Positions 46,845 through 54,474 of a DNA stretch of 64,000 bases are shown here, piece after piece. The notes under the pieces are model-generated. The model made no database searches. It saw nothing but the letters and a program-made list of their open reading frames with translations, and had not been told where the DNA came from. The DNA lies in IMG/VR virus record IMGVR_UViG_3300033233_000001, positions 1 through 64,000 of that record, one strand, 5' to 3'. Each line of letters begins with the position of its first letter. The first letter of the stretch is position 1. The position numbers and the translations under genes are program-made.

Positions 46845-48215
46845 ATGGGTAGCGGCGAGAACATTTTGCTAGCCAGCGACAGTTACAAGATTTCTCACTG
46901 GCGGCAATATCCGAAGGGCACGCAGCGCGTGTATTCCTTCATGGAGTCTCGCGGTGGCGTCCACGCCGACGTGACCTTCTTCGGCCTCCAGTACCTGCTG
47001 ACGCGGTACCTCGAAGGGCCGGTGGTTACGGCCGAAGATCTGGCCGAAGCCACTGACTTCTACCGCGCGCACTTCGGCGCAGATCTGCTGAACGTCGACG
47101 GCTGGCAGCACATCATCGACAAGCACGGCGGCCGTCTACCGGTCGAGATCTGCGCCGTTCCGGAGGGCACGGTCGTGCCCGTGCGCAACGTGCTCATGAC
47201 GATCGAGAACACGGACCCGAAGGTCCCGTGGCTGACGAATTTTCTAGAGACGTTGCTGTGCCAGGTGTGGTACCCGGTCACGGTTGCCACGCAATCGCGC
47301 GCGATGCGCAAGCTGATCCTCGACGCGCTGGAGCATACCGGCGACCCGTCTCTCGTGGATTTCAAGCTCCACGACTTCGGCTTCCGCGGCAGCACGTCGG
47401 TCGAGTCCGCTGGCATCGGCGCGGCGGCGCACCTCGTGAACTTCAAGGGCACTGACACCGTCGCTGGCCTCGTGCTCGCGCGCGACTACTACAGCGAGCC
47501 GATGGCCGGTTTTAGCGTGCCTGCCAGCGAACACAGCACCATCACGTCCTGGGGCCGCGAGCACGAGGTCGACGCGTACCGCAACATGCTCGACCAGTTC
47601 CCGACCGGGCTCGTGGCCTGCGTGTCGGACAGCTACGACATCTACGCGGCCTGTCGCGATCTCTGGGGTACCGAGCTTCGAGACCGCGTGCTCTCGCGCG
47701 ACGGCTGTCTCGTCGTGCGGCCGGACAGCGGCGATCCGCCGACCGTCGTCGTCACGGTGCTCGACATCCTCGGCGAGAAGTTCGGGTTCACCATCAACGA
47801 GAAGGGCTACCGCGTGCTCGACCCGCACGTCCGCGTCATCCAGGGAGACGGCATCGACTACGAGATGCTTGGGAAGATCCTCTCTGCGATGGAGCGTGCC
47901 CGCTGGTCGGCCGATAACGTCGCGTTCGGCTCTGGCGGGGGCCTTCTCCAGAAGGTGAACCGCGACACGCAGAAGTTTGCGATCAAGTGCTCGGCCGTGC
48001 AGATCAACGGTGAATGGCGTGACGTGCTCAAGGACCCGGTAACCGACCCTGGGAAGAAGTCGAAAGCCGGGCGCCTGCGTCTCGTCCGCGAGGACGGCGT
48101 GTACAAGACAGTGACCGGCGAGGGCCCGACGCTGCTGGAGCCGGTGTTCCGTGATGGCGTCGTGTTGCGGCGACAGACGTTCGCTGACGTGCGCCGCCGG
48201 GCTGTTGCCACATGA
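46845..48215 (+). CDS. nadV: Nicotinamide phosphoribosyltransferase (NAMPT)
   Basis: SDSYKISH, HDFGFRG, PASEHS, VSDSYD, RPDSGDP, IQGDGI, FGSGGGLLQ, RDTQKFAIKCS. Confidence 0.97.
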   Translation: MGSGENILLASDSYKISHWRQYPKGTQRVYSFMESRGGVHADVTFFGLQYLLTRYLEGPVVTAEDLAEATDFYRAHFGADLLNVDGWQHIIDKHGGRLPVEICAVPEGTVVPVRNVLMTIENTDPKVPWLTNFLETLLCQVWYPVTVATQSRAMRKLILDALEHTGDPSLVDFKLHDFGFRGSTSVESAGIGAAAHLVNFKGTDTVAGLVLARDYYSEPMAGFSVPASEHSTITSWGREHEVDAYRNMLDQFPTGLVACVSDSYDIYAACRDLWGTELRDRVLSRDGCLVVRPDSGDPPTVVVTVLDILGEKFGFTINEKGYRVLDPHVRVIQGDGIDYEMLGKILSAMERARWSADNVAFGSGGGLLQKVNRDTQKFAIKCSAVQINGEWRDVLKDPVTDPGKKSKAGRLRLVREDGVYKTVTGEGPTLLEPVFRDGVVLRRQTFADVRRRAVAT

Positions 48216-48478
48216 AGCCGCTAGAGTTCAAGGAGAAGATGTACGCGCTGCTCATGCGAGCGGCACAGAACGAGCTTGAGCCTAGCGTGGTCCTTTCCGA
48301 GCTTGGTGATGCGTACGCGTGTCTGGCTCACTGCGGGGGCGTATCGAAGGAAGACGCGTTGAAAGAGATAGCCGACCTCTACGACGACAACGTTGTCATT
48401 GGACACGAGATGGAACGTGAACGCGGCGTACACGGTAGAAACGGATGCTCCGATCCATCCCTTCGGAGACGGCGCTGA
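48212..48478 (+). CDS. Hypothetical protein whose 3' end runs into the first CRISPR repeat
   Basis: ATGA overlap with nadV; last codons encoded by repeat 1. Confidence 0.55.
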   Translation: MKPLEFKEKMYALLMRAAQNELEPSVVLSELGDAYACLAHCGGVSKEDALKEIADLYDDNVVIGHEMERERGVHGRNGCSDPSLRRRR

Positions 48479-48532
48479 CGGGGGGAAGACGATGCCGAGC
48501 AAGACGACTGTAGAAACGGATGCTCCGATCCA

Positions 48533-48994
48533 TCACTGTTCCTCGGCGCGGGAACCCCGTCCTTCAGGACGAGGAGGAGCGCCGCTCCGGTTTTGGTTCT
48601 GGACGTAGCGCGCGACGACTTCTAGCGGCGCGCCGCCGCACGACACGGCGCAGTAGCTCGGCGACCAGAAGTGATCTCCCCAGAGCACGTTCGTGACCTC
48701 GCGAAAGTTCTGCGCCCGCAGCCGTCGCGCGGACACACCCTTGAGCGAGTTCACGAGCTTGGCGATCGCGACCTTCGGCGGGTAGTCGATGAGCAGATGC
48801 GCGTGGTCCGGCTCGAAGTTGGCCTCCCGAAGCTCGCTTCCGAAGTCGGCGCAGACCTCAACCCACGACGCTCGCAGAATCTCGAACGCTCGCTCCGAGA
48901 TCGCGCCTCGCCGGTACTTCGGCACGAAGACCAAGTGCACGGACAGCTTGTGCACGACGTGCCGCCCCTTGCGAAAGTTCTCGACCTGTGCCAT
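48533..48994 (-). CDS. tnpA: IS200-type Y1 HUH transposase
   Basis: HLVFVPKYRR, DHAHLLI (HUH), LVNSLKGVSAR, FWSPSY, RYVQNQ. Confidence 0.97.
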   Translation of the reverse strand: MAQVENFRKGRHVVHKLSVHLVFVPKYRRGAISERAFEILRASWVEVCADFGSELREANFEPDHAHLLIDYPPKVAIAKLVNSLKGVSARRLRAQNFREVTNVLWGDHFWSPSYCAVSCGGAPLEVVARYVQNQNRSGAPPRPEGRGSRAEEQ

Positions 48995-50305
48995 CCTGGC
49001 GTTTCTAGCATGTCGGACACCGACGGCAAGACCAAAAAGCTCAGGACGTCTCGGTACCGGGTCTATCCGACCGACGAGCAGGTCGCCCGCATCGAAGCGT
49101 GGCAGGATCCGCTGCGTCTGCTCTGGAATCTCGGCAACCAGCAGTACTTGTTCTCGCAGGAGCGTTGCCGTTACGGTCGGAAGTGGCCGCACCCGTTCGA
49201 GCAGGCGAACCAGTTGACCGAACTTCGCGCTGAACACGAGCGGCTGCGCGACGTCCCGTACGATCTTGCCGCGCGCGTCTTCGTCGAGTTGAACCTGTCC
49301 TGGCAGCGATGCTGGGCTGGGCTCGCCGAGCAGCCGCGGTTCAAGTCGAAGAATCGCGGCGACTGGACGGTCATGTGCGAGCCGAACCCGAAGGTGTTTC
49401 GGGCCGAGGATGATGCGATCGTCTTCCCGAAGCTCGGGCGGATCGAAGCGGTCGTCCACCGTCCTCTGCTCGGCAAGCCGAAGACCTGCACGATTACCCG
49501 TGACATAGATGAGTGGTACGTCTCGATCGCCTGCGAAGTCGTACGCGATCCTGATGCGTTGCCGCCGCCCGTGCCGGTCGGCGCGCCGGTCGGCATCGAC
49601 CGCGGCGTAGTGAACCTGTTGATGGACAGCAACGCGCGGCCGACGGCGAACGCGCGGTACGACGACCAGACACGTGTGCAGGTCGCTCGTGCGCAGCGCT
49701 CTGCGGCCAAGAAGAAAAAGGGAGGAAAGAACAGGAAGAAAGCAAACAAGGTTGTATCCCGTCTGCGAAGGAAGGCGCGCCGGCAGCGCGACGCCGTTCT
49801 GCATCGCGAGAGTCTTCACTACGCCAAAAATCACAGCGTGGTGGTCATCGAGAAGCTGAACCTCCCGAACATGACGAGGAGTGCGAGTGGCACGGTCGAG
49901 GAGCCCGGTACGAACGTCGCGCAGAAGCGCGGGTTGAACCGGAGCATCCTCGGCGCGGGCCTCGGCAAGTTCGGGACGTACTTGAAGTACAAGGCCAAGG
50001 ACCACGGGTCGACGGTTGTCGAGGTACCGGCGGCCTACACGTCTCAGACGTGCTCGTCGTGCGGACACGTCGCGGCCGAGTCCCGGAAGACACAGAGCGA
50101 GTTCGAGTGCGTCGCGTGCGGTTATTGCCTGCATGCTGACGTGAACGCTGCCAAGGTGATACTCAGCCGTGGAACCCACGGCGGTGCAGTCTGCGGAGGA
50201 TCCGGCGCCCTAGGCCGCCCGAAGAAGCAGAAACTCCGCGTCGTGAGGCGCGGATCTCGATCTGTGTCCGGGAAAGCCCCGGACTTCAGGCCGGGGTAGG
50301 TTTAT
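48537..50305 (+). mobile_element. Complete IS605-type element 3 (divergent tnpA and tnpB)
   Basis: Left-end hairpin CCCCGTCC-TTCA-GGACGAGG after TCAC; right end AAAG-CCCCGG/CCGGGG-TAGGTTTAT; both ends align to element 2. Confidence 0.9.
49010..50299 (+). CDS. tnpB: TnpB RNA-guided nuclease, 429 aa
   Basis: RYRVYPTDEQ; RuvC VGIDRG / VVIEKL / HADVNAA; CSSCG...CVACG. Confidence 0.97.
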   Translation: MSDTDGKTKKLRTSRYRVYPTDEQVARIEAWQDPLRLLWNLGNQQYLFSQERCRYGRKWPHPFEQANQLTELRAEHERLRDVPYDLAARVFVELNLSWQRCWAGLAEQPRFKSKNRGDWTVMCEPNPKVFRAEDDAIVFPKLGRIEAVVHRPLLGKPKTCTITRDIDEWYVSIACEVVRDPDALPPPVPVGAPVGIDRGVVNLLMDSNARPTANARYDDQTRVQVARAQRSAAKKKKGGKNRKKANKVVSRLRRKARRQRDAVLHRESLHYAKNHSVVVIEKLNLPNMTRSASGTVEEPGTNVAQKRGLNRSILGAGLGKFGTYLKYKAKDHGSTVVEVPAAYTSQTCSSCGHVAAESRKTQSEFECVACGYCLHADVNAAKVILSRGTHGGAVCGGSGALGRPKKQKLRVVRRGSRSVSGKAPDFRPG

Positions 50306-50576
50306 GAAGGTAACCCTGACCACGGTGGTAGAAACGGATGCTCCGATCCATCCCTTCGGAGACTCGTAGGCCATCTTGCTACGCTCCGTCGGGTCTCGTG
50401 TAGAAACGGATGCTCCGATCCATCCATTCGGAGACGACGCACAAGGCCACCTGCGAGATCTCTGCGGGTTCGCGAGTAGAAACGGATGCTCCGATCCGTC
50501 CCCTCGGAGACCTCACCGGCACGTGCAGCCGGGCGCGATACTCGACGGACGGTAGGGTTCAAGGTATCCTCGCGAG

Positions 50577-51095
50577 ATGGACACATCCTCCGAGAAGGAC
50601 ATCTGGTGGTTTTTACTCACTTTTTGGCCGTCGATCGTGGTCGCGCTCGCCGTCTACGGCGGCGGCGTGACGGCGAATCGCATCGCGGGGGTCTTCGTGC
50701 CGGCTGCGAAGGACTACTTGACCGGCAAGACGGCCGACGCCGATCCGAAGTGGCCGCTGACCTTCCGGCTCTGGGCCGCGACACGCACCGCGCACCCGTT
50801 CTTCGTCGGCGGGTCCTTCGCATTCGTGCCTGGCCTGCCGCATCCGGACTTCATCAGTAGCCAAGTTAGCGCGGTTCTCTGGTTCGCATTCGCTGGCATG
50901 ATGAACGGTCAAGTCCACATGCTCGTTGATGCTATGAGCAGTCAGGTCCAGAAGGTCGTTGGCAGTCTCGCGCCTGCGATCCGAACACGTCTCGGCCTGC
51001 GTCCGACGACAGTGCCCCCGGGACCGCCCGAGGCGGCGGCCCCAGCCGCTTCAGACAAGCCGCCGTCCGACCCGCCGCCACCGGAGGCCGCGTGA
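50577..51095 (+). CDS. Membrane protein (holin-like possible)
   Basis: 2-3 hydrophobic segments; Pro-rich tail. Confidence 0.55.
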   Translation: MDTSSEKDIWWFLLTFWPSIVVALAVYGGGVTANRIAGVFVPAAKDYLTGKTADADPKWPLTFRLWAATRTAHPFFVGGSFAFVPGLPHPDFISSQVSAVLWFAFAGMMNGQVHMLVDAMSSQVQKVVGSLAPAIRTRLGLRPTTVPPGPPEAAAPAASDKPPSDPPPPEAA

Positions 51096-51370
51096 ACCTC
51101 GTCGAGGCCGCGACGCCTGTCCGTTTCGTCCGGGAGGTCGTGGCCGGCGGCGTGCGTTTCGAGCGTGGGCACGAGACGGAAGCGAAGCTGCTGCCGCGCG
51201 GCGTTCTGCCGAAAGACGGCGACGTCACGATCTTCCACGAGTCGAAGTACTGGAATGTCGAGGAATGGAGACCACGCGGGTACTGTCTGGTCCGAACCAT
51301 GGTGCCGTGGATGCACGAAGTCGACGTTCCGCGCTCGGCGCTGAAACTCAACTGGTCCAGGAGGCGATGA
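51092..51370 (+). CDS. Hypothetical protein
   Basis: GTGA overlap. Confidence 0.55.
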   Translation: MNLVEAATPVRFVREVVAGGVRFERGHETEAKLLPRGVLPKDGDVTIFHESKYWNVEEWRPRGYCLVRTMVPWMHEVDVPRSALKLNWSRRR

Positions 51371-51449
51371 TGATGTTCGTCGAGTTTCTGCACTTCCTGT
51401 TCGTCGCGTTTGCCGTCTGGCTCGTCGACCTGTTCACGTGGCCGGCCAC

Positions 51450-51824
51450 ATGAGCAAGCAGTACACGGCGAAGATGCGTCCAGATGTGGGCATGTCTCGC
51501 GTCAATCTCGCCGGGCTCGTCCCCGACGAGATCATGTATGGCCCTGGTGGCTCATTGATCGTCGAAGTCGAGGTTGTTCGCGCAGTCACGTCGGAGTTCA
51601 TGCACGTGATGTTGCAGTTGCAGGAAGGGAGCCATCCAGAGGGGAACGTCGACATCATCTCAGGCTCGACGACTGTGTTCAGGATGTCGAGGAGAATCGA
51701 GGCCCGTCGTGGATGGGACCTAGTGGCGTGCTTTTACTACGGTGCGTGGTACTCGACGCCGGCCGTGCAGACCGCGGAGTCGGACAATTACGTCATCGTG
51801 CGCGTCTCGTCGAGACCGGCATGA
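51450..51824 (+). CDS. Hypothetical protein
   Basis: ATGA coupling. Confidence 0.55.
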   Translation: MSKQYTAKMRPDVGMSRVNLAGLVPDEIMYGPGGSLIVEVEVVRAVTSEFMHVMLQLQEGSHPEGNVDIISGSTTVFRMSRRIEARRGWDLVACFYYGAWYSTPAVQTAESDNYVIVRVSSRPA

Positions 51825-52174
51825 CGCTCACGCGTGCACAGCTGACGCTCGTGGCGCTTGCGGTCATGCTGCTGCTTGCGGTGACCTTCGCCGTCGGTCG
51901 CGGCTGCGGCTCGACACCGGGCGGCGTCGAGCCCGTCCACATGGGCATTGACGCCGGCCCTGGTGAGGCCGTGATCGCCGCGCGCCTCGACGCGGCGGTC
52001 CAGGCCGGCGAGGCCCACATGCAGCAGATCGAGGACAAGTTCGAGGATGATCTTGCGGCGTTCGACCAGCGGCAACGCGAGGAGTACGAGCGCCTGCGCG
52101 GCGGCGATGACCTAGAGGCCGCTGCCCGCATGCTTTCCGACTGGAATCGGAGTCGACGCGATGCCGGCGCCTAG
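51821..52174 (+). CDS. N-terminal TM + coiled-coil protein (spanin-like possible)
   Basis: LTLVALAVMLLLAVTFAVG followed by a helical domain. Confidence 0.5.
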   Translation: MTLTRAQLTLVALAVMLLLAVTFAVGRGCGSTPGGVEPVHMGIDAGPGEAVIAARLDAAVQAGEAHMQQIEDKFEDDLAAFDQRQREEYERLRGGDDLEAAARMLSDWNRSRRDAGA

Positions 52175-53045
52175 AAAGCAGAAGCTCCTCTACTACCGCG
52201 GCACCCGCAGCGTCGATCCGACGCAGACGCGGCTCAAGACGCTGTCGTTCACGCCGTGCCTCGGCGCCGCGCTGATCTACTCAGCGCAGCCGGGCGACAC
52301 CTGGGGCAAGCGAAAGACCGCGTTCGTTGATAGCTCGTCTGTCCACGCGGCCACGCTGGATGCAGACCCGAAACTCGTGCTCGGCGACGAGATCACCATC
52401 GGACTCGGCGAGGTGCTGCGCGAACTCCGCTATGGCAAAGAGAACGGCATTACGCACGAAGAGGTCTTGAAGGTCTATAACTACTTGCACAAGCGCGCGC
52501 TCGGACAGGTTGCTGCCGGTGAGTTCGTGTACCGATACCACGACGAAGACGGCGAAGAGATTGAGGACGCCGACATCCCGATCTCGTTCTCGAATCCGTA
52601 CACGATCATCAACTATCTCGCGAAGGAGGACTTCGACGGCGCGTCGGATGACGAGGAGGCGCTGGCCGCTGCTGACCGGCTCGTGGCCGACACGTTCGTC
52701 TTCGTGGACGTCCCGACCGTGCAGAAGGTCGCGACGCGTCTCGGCTTCCGGAGCATCTTCTACACGGACGTCTTCGGCGGCGGCGAGTCGGCGGCAGAGG
52801 AGCTTCTCGACGCGGCGATTGACGACATCGACTGCGTGTCGATGTGCACCGACCTCGACGGCCGCGATGTGCCCTGTCATGAGACCGTGCGACCGCTACC
52901 GGGTGCGGTCATCGAGTACGAGTGGACGCGCCCGTCGAAAGAGATCGTGGATATGGCGCTCGGGCGAGAGCAGGCGGCGAGCGCGAACCGTCGGCGAAAA
53001 AGCCGGTCGCCGAGCGCGCGGTCTCGTGCTAAGCGTCGGGCGTGA
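52161..53045 (+). CDS. Putative ADP-ribosyltransferase-fold protein
   Basis: LLYYRGT...LSFT...AALIYS resembles ART strand 1-2 motifs; acidic C-terminal half. Confidence 0.4.
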   Translation: MPAPRKQKLLYYRGTRSVDPTQTRLKTLSFTPCLGAALIYSAQPGDTWGKRKTAFVDSSSVHAATLDADPKLVLGDEITIGLGEVLRELRYGKENGITHEEVLKVYNYLHKRALGQVAAGEFVYRYHDEDGEEIEDADIPISFSNPYTIINYLAKEDFDGASDDEEALAAADRLVADTFVFVDVPTVQKVATRLGFRSIFYTDVFGGGESAAEELLDAAIDDIDCVSMCTDLDGRDVPCHETVRPLPGAVIEYEWTRPSKEIVDMALGREQAASANRRRKSRSPSARSRAKRRA

Positions 53046-53605
53046 GCACGCGTCGCGGCAGCAAACGGACGAGTCGGGGGAAGAAGTTTCTCTCGTACGC
53101 GGTGCTTTCTAAGGCCGCGAAGGCTGTCGCGAAGATCGATCCGACAGCGGCTATTGCCGGAGGCTACGGGCTCACGGCGTTCGGATCGCGCCGTCTCACC
53201 GGCGACCTCGACGTCCTGTCTTCCGAGGTGCCGGACGGCGTGAAGCCGCTTCGGTCTCTTTCGTTCGGCGGCGTTCGGACGAACATCGGCGGTGTGCCGA
53301 CGGACTTCATCGTGCGAAACGACGAGGTTGCAGCACTGTACGAGGCAGCGCGTGCGTCGGCCGTCAAGGTGCCTGGGTATCCACTGCGTGTTGTGCAGCC
53401 CGAGTACATGGTGTCGCTCAAGCTCTACGCGGGGCGCCCGAAAGACCACGGCGACATCGAGACGATCTTCGGCTGGGACATTGATCGCAAGAAGACTCTC
53501 GCTATTGCCGGGAGGTATCTCGGCATCATGGCGATCAAAGATCTGGAACAGATGATGGCCATCAGCGACTGGAAGAGGTCGCGCAACCTCGACGAGGATG
53601 AATGA
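53042..53605 (+). CDS. Nucleotidyltransferase (AbiEii/DUF6036-like)
   Basis: IAGGYGL...RLTGDLDVL; LKLYAGRPKDHGDI. Confidence 0.75.
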   Translation: MSTRRGSKRTSRGKKFLSYAVLSKAAKAVAKIDPTAAIAGGYGLTAFGSRRLTGDLDVLSSEVPDGVKPLRSLSFGGVRTNIGGVPTDFIVRNDEVAALYEAARASAVKVPGYPLRVVQPEYMVSLKLYAGRPKDHGDIETIFGWDIDRKKTLAIAGRYLGIMAIKDLEQMMAISDWKRSRNLDEDE

Positions 53606-54090
53606 AGTACCTCTACGCCGCCGCGCTCGCCGCGCTCGTTCTCTCGCCGGCCGTAGTCTCCGGACAGGAAGCGCCTGGCACGCCCGACCAGTTCCAGCTG
53701 CCGACCCCGGCCTCGGACATCTTGCCGCTGCATCGCGGCACTGCCGCGCCGCGCGACGGGCTCCTGATCGACGCGGCCGACCTTCTTCAGATCCAGCAGT
53801 CCTACGAGCGCATGCGCTACCTGCTAACGCGTACGGCCGAGCGCGACACGGAACTCTGCGACGTGCGCGTACAGATCGAGCACGCTCACACGCTGGCCGC
53901 CGAGGAGCGGCTGACGCTGCGAGATGACCTATGGGGCGCGCGGCAGGTCGAGCTTGTCGCACAGGTCCAGGCGACGCAGGAGCAGGTCAGGCGCGCGGCG
54001 GAACGCGGCTGGTACGAGCAGCCAATCCTGTTCGTGGTCATCGGGGCCGCGATCGTGGGGGCCATCTGGATCGCGACGGCGGTGCGGTGA
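53602..54090 (+). CDS. Signal peptide + coiled coil + C-terminal TM protein
   Basis: MKYLYAAALAALVL...; ILFVVIGAAIVGAIWIA. Confidence 0.6.
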   Translation: MKYLYAAALAALVLSPAVVSGQEAPGTPDQFQLPTPASDILPLHRGTAAPRDGLLIDAADLLQIQQSYERMRYLLTRTAERDTELCDVRVQIEHAHTLAAEERLTLRDDLWGARQVELVAQVQATQEQVRRAAERGWYEQPILFVVIGAAIVGAIWIATAVR

Positions 54091-54114
54091 CCCGCCCGAG
54101 CGCAGTGGCGCCGG

Positions 54115-54462
54115 TCATGCGGCTCGCTTGCGAGGTTTGCTGACGCGCTTGGCGCTCCGTTCGGCGTGGTTGCCGAGCCCGACGATGTGCCTCCGTCCGT
54201 CGAGAACCACGCAGAGTTCAAGCTCGCCCCCGAGCGCCTTCGCGTACTTCGCGACGGTTGAGACGAGACAGTCTTCTCGCTTCTCCGCTCGCGAGATCTC
54301 GCTCTGCGTGCTGTCGGCCTTCTCGGCGACCTGCTGCTGCGTGAGCCCCTGGCTGCGCCGTAGAACGTCGAGTCCGATTACGCTGCCTCGCCGATGATGA
54401 CCGCGGCCGATGATCTTGCAGCGCGCAAAGTCGATTTCAGGCATGTCATGAACCGTCATCAT
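54115..54462 (-). CDS. XRE-family HTH (HigA-like antitoxin/regulator)
   Basis: LRRSQGLTQQQVA...QSEISRAE...STVAKYAKALGGEL. Confidence 0.85.
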   Translation of the reverse strand: MMTVHDMPEIDFARCKIIGRGHHRRGSVIGLDVLRRSQGLTQQQVAEKADSTQSEISRAEKREDCLVSTVAKYAKALGGELELCVVLDGRRHIVGLGNHAERSAKRVSKPRKRAA

Positions 54463-54474
54463 GTACCACGAGCA

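Larger units (their letters stand above)
48435..50511. CRISPR. CRISPR mini-array (5 repeats, one truncated) interrupted by an IS605 element; no cas genes in window
   Basis: Repeat GTAGAAACGGATGCTCCGATCCATCCCTTCGGAGAC at 48435-48470, 48510-48534 (truncated), 50328-50363, 50400-50435 (1 mismatch), 50476-50511 (2 mismatches); unique spacers of 39, 22 (partial), 36 and 40 nt. Confidence 0.9.

Noticed and set aside
48533-50179. 548-aa - strand ORF and 542-aa + strand ORF (48671) from the track
   Set aside because: Upstream extensions that are shadows of tnpB and tnpA; real starts are 48994 and 49010
49010-50299. Calling this protein a bona fide Cas12f/Cas14
   Set aside because: Ordinary TnpB size and motifs, retained tnpA and intact IS ends; at most a precursor state
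48435-50511. Repeats as REP elements of a RAYT/REPtron (GTAG start, hairpin, adjacent TnpA)
   Set aside because: All copies are direct with unique 36-40 nt spacers rather than inverted REP pairs, and the TnpA is a short IS200 type with its own IS ends
50552-50560. GTAG 40 nt after the last repeat as a sixth repeat remnant
   Set aside because: A 4-nt match is not significant
50577-54090. Complete holin/spanin lysis cassette
   Set aside because: Topologies are suggestive only; no endolysin adjacent and no clear outer-membrane lipoprotein
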